A stretch of 64,000 nucleotides of DNA, from assembly GCA_010405405.1 (NCBI GenBank), contig MU004236.1, forward strand, positions 322,576 through 386,575, given 5' to 3'. Shown one piece after another: positions 48,430 through 61,912 of this stretch. A model generated the notes under the pieces. That model saw nothing but the letters and a program-made list of their open reading frames with translations, was not told the DNA's origin and did no database searches. The stretch comes from Microthyrium microscopicum. Taxonomy: Eukaryota. The translations under genes and the position numbers were made by a program. Each line of letters begins with the position of its first letter. The stretch's first letter is position 1.

Positions 48430-49263
48430 AATCTGGAAATGTTCAAACGCGACCATTTTCACGATTACATTTCGGACGCGATACGACCCAATTTTTTCTT
48501 TTGTCTTTTTGCATCAGCATACGTTTTCGAAAACATTTCAGCATCCAATATCCAAGCCTCTCAGACTCGGCCTATCGAGACACTCTCGGACTGGACGCCT
48601 TTGCGATCATGGCTCTTGGAGTTCTACGGCTATTGCCTTGATATCCCGGCATGAACCGTGGGTCAGAGACATTCTTGGTCTGCTCGAACCCCAAGAGTAT
48701 TCATTCCATGTGTTCATTTTTGCACCTTGGGGGCTCTTTGCAAGCTACCTTGATGACAAGGCGACCTCAGATCCATAGTTGATCCGATTCTCAAAAGTAA
48801 TTTTCTAGTCAAATACGACTCTTAAGAGAAAGTCGCCCTCGTGAATCTTGAAAAGTCGTAGTAACCACCTAAGTGGGTTTCTCAAAGTGTAACCATTTCG
48901 TACCCTCGTATCAGTAAGCATAGATTTATCTTCATTCCATTATAGACTCTCATCTTATACATTAGATAGTGTGTATACCAATATCATTTTTTGTTTAACC
49001 TTGCAACATCGTGTTAATAGTCTCTTGTGCACCCATTTCTGACCACCAAGCGAAGTTAAGTTGAACTTGCCCAAACAAGCAATCCATTACGTAAGCACAG
49101 CGAAACATCAAGATGCGACTTCAAAGTCATCGTGGCGTTCTTACAAGTTCCATTATCCACTCTCCATCCCATTGGATTCTTCTCAACTCTGACGTGCTCA
49201 GATACATCGCGTGTCCCATTAAATAGAGCGGAACATGCCGCGTGAGGCCATCCCATCAATGTT

Positions 49264-51616
49264 ATGAACAACGTCCGCAACGACGCCGAAGCATCATCCG
49301 CATCCGAACCACCCGCTGATCTTGGCTCCTGTCGCTACTGCAAACACATCAATTTGGCCACTTTATCCAAACCAGGCGGCTACAAACATGCATCCAACCG
49401 CGCCTCTCTCGTGAGAAGTGCACAGAAATGTCGTCTATGCTCATTACTTTTCCGGCGTGATCGGACGAGACATAATAAGCCGTTATATCTCAGCGTGGAA
49501 CGTCTAAATCCAGAAAGCAGTCAATTATGCTTACGAATCACGCATGGCGATGATGAGGAAGAAAGTAATGATTTGACGTTTTTTCTGTATACGTCTCCTG
49601 GTTAGCATATCTACCTCCTCTCTGTCTTTCATGTGGGTGGGTGTTGATTTGGGTGATATAGGAGATCCGGCTGAAGCATTTGGTATTACGGCTAAACGGG
49701 AACTTTCGAGGACAGATTCGGAGGAGTCGTTTCAGACGGCGTTGAGATGGATTGAGAATTGTAAAGAGAATCATATCTGCTCGAAGAGGTTGGCGTTGAA
49801 GAGCAGGGAGTCGGAGTTTTTGCCTTGGCCGAGTCGGTTGATTGATGTTGAGGCGTTTGGGGAGGGTGATAGGGATGTTAGGTTGGTGGAGAATGATGGG
49901 TCTAAGGAGAGATATGTTTGTTTGAGTTATTGCTGGTAAGGAACCTGATTTATCGGCTTTTTGGATCAAGAGGATGAGTGACTGGCGTGCTCTAATTGAG
50001 AGGATGGCTGCCATCAGAGGCGATTTATCAATTAGTGGTTAAACACCACGAATCTACGCGAATGGGTAAGCCATCATTTATGGTAGGATATATAGTACGT
50101 GATTTGAGAAGCGACGGCGGCCTTCGTTGATGATAAGAGCACGCCAGTTCTTGATCTGGGTTTTCTTCGTTGCATTGTTTACAATACTGACGTTTAAAGG
50201 GGTCAAAGCAAAACATTCACAACCACATCTCGCTTTTTACGCCTGCGAAAGACCAGGATCAACTACAGCACACTTCCCCAAACCTTTCGCGATGTAGTCA
50301 CTATCACTCGCCGCCTCGGCGTCAGATATGTCTGGATCGACGCCCTCTGCATAATACAAGACGACCGCCTGGACTGGGAAAAGGAGTCTGTCAAAATGGG
50401 CGCAATCTACAGCATGGCATACATCACCATCGCCGCCGACTCAGGACGGGACTGCCACAGCGGCTGCTTCAACACCGCCAGCACCAGCCAGGAGCTCTCC
50501 TTCGACAACACCCCCTTTCCCTTACACTCCACCACGCCCTCTGGTGAAGCCAGCACCATCTACCTCTGGGATCCCACCCGCGGAACTACAAAGCCGACAC
50601 CTCCAGAAATCGACGGCTCTCCTCTCGCAGAGCGCGGCTGGGTCTGTCAAGAACGCATCCTCTCCCCCCGCATCCTGCACTACACCACCAGCCAACTATT
50701 CTGGGAATGCCGACAAACCCTCCTCGCCGAAGACAATCTACGCCCCTGGAGCATCTACGACTCTTCTTCCACCACCGTCTGTGGTCTAGCACGCAATCTC
50801 TACGGCACAACCCAAGATCCCGTCGGACGCGCCAATTTGCTACGGATCTGGTATAACCACGTGGTATCAGAAAGCTATTCACGCCGCAAATTGACGCGCG
50901 CAGACGACAAACTCACCGCCATCAGTGGGATCGCGCGTGCCTTTGGAAGACATTTCCAGAGTACGTACCTGGCTGGTTTGTGGGCGCTGGATTTGCCGTG
51001 GGGATTGAGTTGGCGGCGCAGGGGGCTGGTGAGTCGGCCGGTGGAGTATAGGGCGCCGGCGTTTAGTTGGGCGAGTCTGGATGCGATTGTGGAGTGGCCG
51101 GTGGTTTCGACAAAATCTGTGGCGAAGATTAAGGTTGTGGATGTGCATGTTGAATTGAGTAGTGGCGATCCTTTTGGGCGCGTGAGTGGGTGCTGGGTCA
51201 AGGTGGAAGGGTATGTTAGTCGGGCGAGGGTCACGGCGCGTAAGCGGTTGTTGGCTGGCGGTGTGAGTGTGGTGTGGGAGATGTTTGGGGAGATGGGACA
51301 GTTACCGCTGGGGACGGTGTTCATGGATGATGATGAGGTGGACTTAGCGGGCCAAGATGGAGAGAGACTTCGGTGGGTGGAGTATTTGGTACTTAGCCAT
51401 GATGAGGAGACAAGAAATTCGCAGGTACTCTTGATCAAGAGAGAGGAGGGGAGTGATCAGGCGGTCAGGATAGGAGCTGCTGAGCTTCTTGGGCTTGATG
51501 GGGACAAGAGCTCTGAGGTGAGATACAACGACACCAAGAGCACGAAAGCAAGCACAAAAGAAAACCATGCTAACATACCACAGGCCCGCATGTTGACCAC
51601 GATTACCTTGATATAG
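49264..51616 (+). CDS. HET-domain (PF06985-type) heterokaryon-incompatibility family protein, 3 exons
   Basis: Exons 49264-49600, 49662-49935, 50200-51616. Motifs PSRLIDV, YVCLSYCWG, LPQTFRD, YVWIDALCIIQDD, MGAIYSMAYITIAA, RGWVCQERILSPR, DKLTAISGIA, YLAGLW, APAFSWAS. Confidence 0.92.
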
Positions 51617-51903
51617 GTTGATGAAGTCTATTCGCTCAAGTCAAAGCGGATTCAGCTCTAGCGAGAATAGCGAGCTCACACGAAGCCTCTGGTCGTGGCT
51701 TCTTTTGATCAATAATGTTGAAAGGCAGTCCGAAGTATTTACAACACTTCGATTATGGCTCAATTATTCATAAAAGCTGGACATACACAAATACTACACA
51801 AACCGAAATGCATTGCTTGAATCAGAGCACTGTCAATTTACCCCTTTTCGCCAAACAGGCCTTTGAAGACCAGCCTGGAATCCGAAAACAGCTCCAACCA
51901 CTT

Positions 51904-52798
51904 CTACGTATCTCTCAACAACGATGGCTGAACCCGATATCGACTCGAATCATCAACCTCTTCGCCATTCAACGCCAACTGTCCATTCTCCAATTCATCC
52001 TGTCGCTCACTTTGCGGCTCATCATGATACTCTCCGTCCTCACTTACAAAGCCAATCCCCAGCCTTTGTCCATCGCCTCGACGTCCACCAAATGCCTGCT
52101 TCACCCACTCTCCGCCCATTTGGCCACGATAGACCACACATATCTGCCATAGGGTGATCAACACATTGACGGCAAGCAATAATGACGCTACAATCTTTTC
52201 CTCGCCACGCCAGCTATCGAGGCAGCTAGCGGTACGATCAAATGTCTCCTCACACCGGCGTGGGTCCGATGTTTTGCTCGGAAATGGCCAGGCCATATCA
52301 ACAGTATTGGCATAGCCACAGCAGTTGAAGCCATCCTGAATGGTGCGTATGTGTCCCTCATCTTTTGCACGGAAAAGTGACTGCCATCGAGTATGTAAAG
52401 AGCAATCCGTTCCCCCTAGCTGAGACGCCGACAAGGCAACGAGAACAGCTTGCAGGAAGAAGAGTAATTGGATTGATAGATTGGCCAGGCCAGAGGAGGT
52501 GGAGCGGGCAGCAAATGCCTTGGTGGCGAAGCCAGAAAGCGTTGGAAGGGCAGTAGTTAGAGCGGCGATGACGATGGGGATGGGAAGAGAGTATTTGATT
52601 ATCATCCCGAGAGCGTAACTATAGCTACGTTAGGAATTGATGGGGTAGAGGGGGTTATCTGGGAGATTCTACGCTGCAACGCCGGTCAGAATGACCAAGA
52701 GCTGTTGTATGGCGTTAGTACGAGGCCGTAACGCGACACGGTTTGTGGCTTACGATGATACTGGCCAGAATGATAAGACCTTCATATTTCTTCGGCAT
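51904..52798 (-). CDS. Fungal tetraspanin, Tsp3-like, 3 exons
   Basis: Exons 52798-52754, 52701-52673, 52624-51904. Four hydrophobic segments and a large loop WQSLFRAKD..IRTIQDGFNCCG..DMAWPFP..C..C..W. Confidence 0.78.
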
Positions 52799-53172
52799 GT
52801 TGAGAATTTGATTCCTAAGTTTGGAGCTGGTTTTAGCAAAAGAAGATGTTTGCATGTCAGTGGCAATGCCTGGAGATTTAATGTTTAAAAGGCGGCGGGG
52901 AAGGCTGTCCCAAACAACCCAGATTCAGATCAAACTGCAGCTATCCAGACTGGGGTGGGCGTTGTGATCGCGAAATGATTGGATTACAGTATCAAAGTCG
53001 CCGCGCGACCTGTCATTTCTCAAGTGGCAGGCAACCAGCGGTCAATACTGAAATGTATGCTGCGAATATGGCAATGATGTTCCATAAACCACACTAGACA
53101 ACAGGTTGAGTTAAAAGGTGGCTTATTATTTCTACATGTTACATTTATTAGTTCAGAAACTTTTCATCAGCC

Positions 53173-56100
53173 TCAAGTCCAACTTAATGTCCAATTCGAC
53201 TTCCAAGCTCCACCTTGAGTTGCTGCCTCCAATCCAGAGATGCTGAAAGCTTTGCTGGTTGCGTTAAAGGTAGCAACTCCACTATCAACACTTTGTCCGT
53301 TCAGAGTCACATTGCTTGGACTTCCGGTGATTCCAAGAATGGTGACATTCGCCAGAGCATTCATATCGACAAACGAACCAGCGATACTGGCTTTCAAGGT
53401 GCTTCCACTAGCGACTAGGCTAACCTGAGTAGTATCTTGGGGTACGAGGCTCTCGCCGTCGTCTAAATACAGGTCACCTTGCGCTTCGCCATTCTTGTCG
53501 AGCGCAACAAGAAGCGACCAAGTTCCATTGCGGCTTTCTGCAGTTGTATATCCAGGCTTTTGTTGCGGGATGATATACCCTCCTCGTACAAATACAGGAA
53601 TGTGACCAAGAGGTGCGTCAATAGTCACATTGGTCCCAGGCTTGACATCGACGACTTCGTTCTTGCTGTAATAACCATACCAGCGGGTACCACCGTTGAG
53701 ACCTGGGAACACCCCGTTGACAGATGTTGCGCCCGGATTGAGGACTGGGACAATCATCAATGCTGGTCCAAGGAGAAATTGGCGATCGGCACTTCGTAGT
53801 GACGGATCCGAAGAAAACTCCCACGCCAACGCACGCAGTACCGTATCACCATGGCTATGGGCCTTCCAGAAGAGCGTATAAATGTACGGTAAAATGCTAT
53901 ATCTGATGGCCATTGCGGTTTTGGTGGCGTCGATGACTGATGACCACACATATGGCTCCTGAGAAGCCGCTTTGATAACGTTGTGATTTCTGTAGAATGG
54001 GAAGAACGCGCTAAGTTGCATCCATCGGTTGCAGAGTTCTTCGTCAGAGTTCCCTGCAAAGCCGCAGGTATCAGGACCAAACATTGGGATGCCAAAAATA
54101 CTGAAGCTGAGAGCTTGTGGAATGGCGTAATACATATCAGACCACTTGGCGTTATTATCTCCTCCCCAATGACCTGGTTTTCGATTAGCAAATCTTCACA
54201 TAGGCGTCAGACTAGTCGAACAAAACTTACCGGCTAATGTTCCACTTCCAGCAAATGTTGATCTTCCGATAATATAAGGTCTTTTTCCTTTGAAAACATT
54301 CAACAGCGCATGATAAGTGGCGTTAAGAATCTGATGCCCAAACAAATTATGGACATCATATTCTAGAACGCCATCTGTATGGGTTGCATTTGGCGAGACA
54401 GCGTGTACAGAAAGATCTCCGTTAACATTGTTGATGGCATATGGTGGATGTTCAATATTGCGAACACCAGGGGTAGGTGTACTTCGATAATATGAAGTGC
54501 TAGTTGAAGAAGCCACAGCACTAGCGGAAGCTGTAGCTGTAGCGGAGGCCACAGAGGAGGATTGGCTTGCTGAAGCTGCTGCAGCAGAGGCAGCCTCAGT
54601 ACTGTTCGTGATATTGAAACCTTCTGGAAAGTTGTAGTCGATATTTCCTGGCTCTCCTGGAAGTAAAAACGGTGGATGTACTGGGTTTAAGCTGAGGTTG
54701 TGCGTACCACAGCTCCCAATACAGAATGAAGAGACCTCGGACATGTCTATCCAGATTCCGTCAAATGGTACGTCTTTATACCATGCTGTAAGTTCATCTG
54801 TCCACCACTGAACTGCTTTGTCCGAATGCCAGTCTGGAAAGACCGTGTAGCCAGGCCAGACAGTTCCAATATATTCGCTACCATCGGGATTCTTTAGGAA
54901 GAGATCCAAATCATGCCCCCGAGAGTATGTCGAATAGGCGTCCGAGGTGTTGTCAGGGTTGGGAATATAGATTGCCGAGTCTACAATAGGAATGTAATGT
55001 TGATTATTCGCATGAACCTGTGACAGTAACTCCTGGAACTCTGGCAGAGGGAACGTGTTTTCGTCGGTGGAAAAGTCACGGTATTGGCTCATGTAGTCGA
55101 TATCTGACCAAATAGTTTCCAATGGAATATCGAATTTCTTGAAGTTGTCGATGACGTCTTGTAGATCTGACACATTTGCGTAGCCCCAGCGGCATTGGTT
55201 GTATCCAAATGTCCAGTATTGTTGCAAGGCTGGAAATCCAGTAGCCACAGATTGGTAAGCTCTTATGGCTTCTGGTTGGGATGGTCCTTCAAAGAAAAAT
55301 AAATCAATGCTTCCACCCAGTAGTCTCCATGTGATACTCGAGGTATTCAGAACGACTTCTTGACCATGTGCATTCCGATTGTACACGGCGTGTGTGTAAG
55401 ATGTGTAGTTTCCTTCCGGATCACTTTCGTTTCCTGTGAAGTATGACCAGTCGCCACTGCTAGACTGTTCGAAGTATCTCGTGTCCAGATACACTGGATG
55501 AGTTCCATAGACGCCATAGTCCAGAGGTGTTCCAGCATCTGCAGCGTACGTCGTTGCAGTGAAGTCGTTACCCAGACGAAGTTGGTGAATTCTTTCTCCT
55601 AGGCCGTAGACATTGTAATCCTCCGGCATGGAAGTAACAAACTCAATGAACTGGTCTTCGTAGACAAGCTTGCTACCGGTCGTGTTGAAAAGTACATCAC
55701 CATTACTGCTTCTTGTCACTGCAAAGGAGAAGGTGGGATCATTGCTCCAAGTGATTTCGAAAGCACTGCTACTCAAGTTGCCGCCTTCGCTGGCGGGCCT
55801 AGGAACCAAGCCTTCTGGAAGAACGAAGTATGATGAGTTGGAAGAATCCAGGACAGCTGGTTCAATATGAATCGACACTCTTTCTGGGCTTTGGTAGTCG
55901 ATAGCCAACGTCAGATCTGACACATCTGTGCCGTAGACGTTACAGGCACTGCCTGCAAGTTTAAGATCTGCTGTGATACCACTTGAAGTGTTCTTCACAT
56001 TCGAGGCAAGGTACCCGGGACAAACGGTCTGAGCATTCACGGCCTAACTGTGGTTAGCTTCATACTTCTACTCCTGAGAAGAACTTCGCATACCTCTGGG

Positions 56101-56255
56101 TCCTGTGAGGTTGGTAATATAGGAAATCCGACATCTGCAGACGCCGGAACCGTAAATCGAGGAGGCAGTTCCGATGAGGATGTAGCCGCCAGACCCAACG
56201 CGATCTGAGGTATTGTGGCTAAAGACAAACAGGTCAAAAGAGATCTTTGAAGCAT
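53173..56255 (-). CDS. Secreted GH31 alpha-glucosidase (AgdA-like), 3 exons
   Basis: Exons 56255-56094, 56043-54231, 54173-53173. Signal peptide, IWSDIDYM, nucleophile motif GIWIDMSE, acid/base motif GHWGGDN restored across the intron, GPDTCGF, PFYRNHN. Confidence 0.94.
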
Positions 56256-57799
56256 GGTTTCAATGGTACCAAATCAATGGCTTCAATTGGACATTGACTT
56301 CATCTATGCTACCAGAAATTACTCCAGCATATATACTAAAGGAATATTTCTCTTACCTGATGTTATTTGAAAAAGTGGAATCAATGCCAACGCGACCAGC
56401 ATCAACTTGAACACCCGAAGGAAACGCGGACCCCGCACTATGGGTTGCAACCGTTGCATTATGTTGTGGTCGATGACGGTATCACGGGTGGAGAAGAACA
56501 TGACCTGAGATGCGAACCATTAAGTCGGACGCGACAACTCTGCTCGTGGCCTACTGCAGGTCAATTCATGCGGATCGTTCCCAAAAACAGGTAGAAGAGA
56601 GAATATCAAGATCCAATCGGCTGAATGGTTGTCTGCAGCATGGTAGATTGAAAGGACCAGGTTCGGATACGGGCCATCAATTTGGATGGAAGTTAGAGCC
56701 TCTTTCAAGTAGTTGGAGAAGCCGGAGGGAACTCCGTCTCCTATGAAGCACTGAGAACATCCGCGTTGTTTCGAGATCTAAGATGCTACCTGCTGAGGGT
56801 TCACAGTTTTACCCCAGAAAAACGCCCGTGCCAAGGATGCAGGCGTAAGTGGCGATCATATTAATGCCCAAAAGGGCAAGTCCTTCCTGTGCTTACTTCT
56901 TTCCTTCTTGTTGTTGAGTTTCTGGAATCTTATTCTTGCCTGTTGCACCACATTTACTTGAATCTAGAAACTGCTGATTGATCAAGACCCATCTCATGGC
57001 AAAACTCACTTGACCGCAGTCCCTACCAATTCCAGCTAGCAAATTTTGCCATGCTGCCATCGACGGCAATGGCTCCCCTCAACGCCTCAAAACAAAAGAC
57101 GCTAAATTTCTCATCGCATTTGATAAAATGTTTATAGGTTCGTTATCGTTAGAAACGTGCCACTTGGTGATAAAGCGTAGCAGATGGGAGTCATGTAAAT
57201 CGCAAGCCGCCGGCAGCATTTCAGGTCGCTATGAGCGCATTGATAATACTCTCCTCGCATGGGCAGCTCAATGTCCCGATAGGTTCACCGAAATTGACTG
57301 AAGCAACTCAGTATATACAATCAAGCAGCATTACTCATGCGAGAAATTGATGGGAATATAGCAGTTGACGCCGCTTTCTTGTCATCAAGACTATGCAAAC
57401 GCCTGCTATGGGCCTCAAAATAAGAACATTTGCTTTTATGTTGTACCTCAGTCAAACCCACATATTTTGGAGATATAGCGGTTGAGAAGATCTCAGGTAG
57501 TCGCGGTTTTGTGGGCTCCGCACCTCGCCTCAAAATGACACTGTTCACTGGGATTGCTACCTACCCGATCAGGGAGGCAGGAGGTGAACCCCCCATTTGC
57601 AAACGACTTACCGCTCAATCACCTCAGAGGTGTTGGGTAAGGTGTACTTGTGGACATGGTCTGAGCAGTCGACATCAATTGCAACCCGGTGACCGCATTC
57701 AGCAAAGGATCACGAGCATCATTTCTTCACCTCGCTTTTTTTGTAGAATTTACAAACTTGCTGAGCAAACATAGTTTACCAACTTCTTCCATCATTAGC

Positions 57800-59573
57800 A
57801 TGGCTGTCGGTATTTTCCAACTGCTTCATGAGAAAGCAGAGCTTCTCAAGACAAAGAACGGTAAATCAAAGCATACGATCAGTTGTGGTTACTTGAAATT
57901 GACAAGATCAACAACAGATCCACGCTATTTTACAGCTGCGCACTGGATGGTAGATGATGCCAAAGAACGCAAACGGCGGTTCGTCAACCTCGATTTCGAA
58001 AATTTGAAGCGCACTGTCATCTCTCTGTCTGAGAAAGCCACTGCAATTGTAAAGTGGGAGAGTCTTGACCGTGGTTTCAACCGAGTCTTCAAATTTGAAC
58101 TCGATAATGAAGAGACTTTGTACGCCAAATTTCCCACGAGTGTTGTCGGTCCTCGACAATATATCGTCAATAGTGAAGTTGCTACGATGAAGTATCGTAA
58201 GTCTGCCTATCCATAATCATGAACCTCACATTACTAAGTCTACATGCCTAGTTCAAAAGCACACGGCCCTACCAATCCCGCAAGTTTTAGATTGGGATGA
58301 TGCCTCAAACAACCCAATCAACGCGGAATACATCATTACAGCCGGCGCTGTTGGTATGCCGTTGGAGTGGCGATGGCAGAGTCAACCAAAAGAGTACCAT
58401 GAAGCCTTGATCAAAGACACTGCAAGCTTGTACGAATGTGAGTTCTCTTGACACTTACATCAATTCTGTGCTCAAACTGATTGGAGCAGGCTTTGATAAG
58501 CTTAATTTGCCAGGCTATGGCAGTATATACTTCAGCAAACTGTTACCGACCAACTGTCCTCGAATCAAAATTGACGAAGAGTTTTGTATCGGCCCAAGTG
58601 CCTTTGCTCTCTTTGAGCTGACTGGCAAAGATGTTGATTTCTTACATATAAAGAGCTTACAACGATATGTAGGACCGTGTAAGTGAATGCCCCTTACTCA
58701 AAATCAGCCACTAATTAGACATTAGGGAAAACATCCAAAGAATTTAGTCTAGCTGCTATTGACCGTGGTCGGAAAATTGCCGAGCTCTCTAAGATTCCTA
58801 AAGAGCGAGCAGCACACAAAGGCACCAAGCAGGAACTCTTTGCTTTACTAGATCGACTGCAAGCCTTGGTCGAAGAATTCTTCTCATCTCCAGCTGTACA
58901 ATTGCCCAGTCAGCCAATCTTGCTTCATCCAGACCTATCCCCATCGAACACTTTTGTGGGAAAAACTGGGGATTGGAACATCACTGGAATCATTGATTGG
59001 CAGTGGGCTTCCATCGAACCATCTTTCATTTGGCAATACAAAAAGCCCTTCTGGCTGACCGCATATGCTTCACAAGTACGCCAACTTCATTATCCGTCAT
59101 TGCTCGCATCCGCCGACGAACAAATTGCCGCAGCTTCACCAAAACTCTCATCAATAATTTCACACCCAGGGGAAGCCTTTTTACCTTTCTTTATCGTATG
59201 GGATGTATTGTCCATCGGGGTTACGCAATTCACAAAACACATCCTCGCAATGTGCGAATTCTGGGATACGGTCTCCGGCAAAACAGAGAAGTGTGTTTTT
59301 GAGCTGACCGACCAGGAGCTGAAGCTGCAAGCAGAAAGGGAGGAAGATATGATGGAAGAATTGGGTCTTCAGGCTCAGGTCTTAGACTATCTGGAAATCA
59401 GCCATGATGGTTGGGTTTCAACACATCGCTGGAAATCAGTCCAACTGAAATATCAAACGCTACTCAGATTCTTCAAAGAGAATTTGAAAAAGGATAGAGA
59501 ACAAGGAACGCGTCAAAAATGGACTAAGGAGTACACCCGGAGCATTTGGCCGTTTCCTGGACGGTACAATTGA
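57800..59573 (+). CDS. Aminoglycoside-phosphotransferase/kinase-like family protein (AIM9-like), multi-exon
   Basis: RGFNRVF, YAKFP, SEVATMKY, IPQVLDW..NPINAEYII, GYGSIY, FCIGP, catalytic loop LLHPDLSPSNTFV and ITGIIDWQ. Short GT-AG introns separate the ORF pieces. Confidence 0.8.
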
Positions 59574-59948
59574 TTCTGGTTGCGCGAAAGTCGGCGTTGC
59601 ATGAATGGCGATGGCTTGTGAACCAATTCGCTATATTACCCATGGGCCATCACACCCAGCGATCTGTTAAGACAATTGCACCAGTCTTCCAGCCGCTGAT
59701 ATGCTCATTTCAATATGAGATGCTGGGTCTTTAGGAAGTTGAAACATCCTTCATATCAAGTCCGGTCGATGTGAGGCTTGAGGTTTTCTCTGGGTCAGGC
59801 TAAGTTGTAGTTGACCAGAAATTGAAATTTCTGTTATGCAACGCAACAACTTTCCGTCTGAACTAACCTCTATTCTTCGTCTAATATATTCCTTTCGAAC
59901 AATCTTTCCTCGGCTTCACAATCATCGAACTGGTATTCACATTCCATA

Positions 59949-61912
59949 ATGCAATCTTCTGAGGTCGAGCCTAATGCAGAGGCTCAAAAGGCACTGGACC
60001 ATGGGGCAGATTCATCACTTCAGCGTCGTCTCGTCACATTACATGTGGTAATGGTGGCACTTGGAACTTCCATCGGAATGGGACTATGGCTTGGCTCAGG
60101 AAAGTGTCTCGCCACTGGAGGCCCAGCTTCCCTCTTCTTAGGATATTTTCTGGCTAGCACAATCGTTTGGGCATTATCACAATCCATTGGTGAAATGGCT
60201 GTCATTTACCCAATACCTTCTGCATTTGTGCAGTGGACCAACCATTTTGTAGACCCAGCTCTTGGTTTCACTTTGGGGTGGTCTTATTGGATGCTATATG
60301 CTACAGGTCTAGTCAATGGAGTTCAGGTATAGTCTCTTCTTCTTCACTGGATGAAGCCTATTGATCTAATGGAAAACAGGGTCTAGTAACTGTCTTGAGC
60401 TATTGGATTGATTCTGTTCCAGTCATTGCCGTTCTGGTCATGATGTTTGTTCTTTCACTCTTGGTCAACTTGGCTCCAGTAACTTTATTTGGCAATCTTG
60501 AGATCTTCTTTTCGTCTATCAAGTTTCTCTGGATATTCATAGTTATTATAACCTCAGTTGTCATAACATCTGGTGCCGCACCAGTAGGAGACAGTATTGG
60601 CTTTCGCTACTGGACCACATATGGATTCATCAATGGATTCAAAGGATTTCTATCTGTTCTTCCAACTACTATCTTTACGTTTGCAGGTTCGGAAAGTGCA
60701 GCTTTGACAGTATCCGAGCTTCGAAACCCGCGCAAGGCAGTCCCTAAAGCTGTGAGATCTATCTGGGTCCGCTTAGCAGTATTTTATATCCTAGGCTCAA
60801 TCGCTGTTACTATAACAGTTGACCCTGTAAGTGAAGGTTTGTTCGGCAATGAAGGATCTGGCGCATCACCATTCGTCATCGCATTTCAGAACGCGGGGTT
60901 GCCTGGTCTTTCTCACAGCATGAATTTCATCATATTAATTTCTGTGGTCAGTTGTTCCTTGATAGGAAGCTTCGGCGGTGCTCGCACAGGTAAGATTTCC
61001 CCGTGTGGTACCACACATCTCTTGGCGATATCCAATGAACCTATGCGATGGGTGTTTAGCAATCTTGCCACGAAAGACCATTTGGTCTTTCAGACGTGTT
61101 AGCTTCAATCGTAATCTTATACTGACAACTTTAGCTGTCGGACTGGCACAGATCGGTATGGCTCCAAAGATCTGCCAAAAAGCCGATTCAAAAGGTCGTC
61201 CATGGCCGAGCATCGCTCTCATCATGATTGTGGGAGGCAGTCTAACTTTCCTCAACCTCAATCATAGCGGGTTGGAGGTATTCGGATGGTTCTCCAACAT
61301 TGCTGCTCTCTTCACTCTTTTCGGCTGGGGAATGATATCGTTTTCTCACATCCGTTTCCGCCGTGCCTGGGCCACTCAGGGACGTACGGTAGAGGAACTA
61401 CCTTGGGCCTCTTCAACTTATCCATTCTGTGCATACTGGGCGCTCTTCTGGTGTATTGCTATCATAGCCGTGCAGTTTTACCTCTCTGTTTGGCCTTTGC
61501 ACGAAAAGTCTTCGGCGAAAACCTTCTTTGTCAACTTTGTATCGATTATCTTCGTGATCGTCTTGTACACTGGCGCAAAGTTATGGTTTCGGGGATCGTT
61601 TTTGGTCGACCTAAAGACTGTAGATTTGGACAAGTAAGTTTTCCTCGTTTCCACCCTGATAAGCTCGTTTGTTTGGTGTTATGCGGTAATGTTGTGTGGA
61701 AGTAGACAGAATGCGACCGCGGCATGTAGACAAACGTCGATAAGACAGTGAAATGCCATTGTGCTCTTTGCTAATAGTCTCTCAGAGAAAGGCGGTTCTA
61801 TGCAAGTACCAGTGATGAGACTGGTCAAAATAGCGGCGAGAAACCAAAATCAAGATTATTGGAGGCTTGCCTCCAATCATATAGGATAGCTTGTGGAGCT
61901 GTCAAAAGCTAG
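59949..61912 (+). CDS. Amino-acid permease (APC superfamily, YAT family), multi-exon
   Basis: LQRRL..HVVMVALGTSIGMGLWLGSG, GPASL, FVDPALGFTLGW, GFRYW, FAGSE, NPRKAVPKA, SPFVIA, SHIRFRRAW. Last exon 61786-61912 ends at TAG. Confidence 0.9.
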
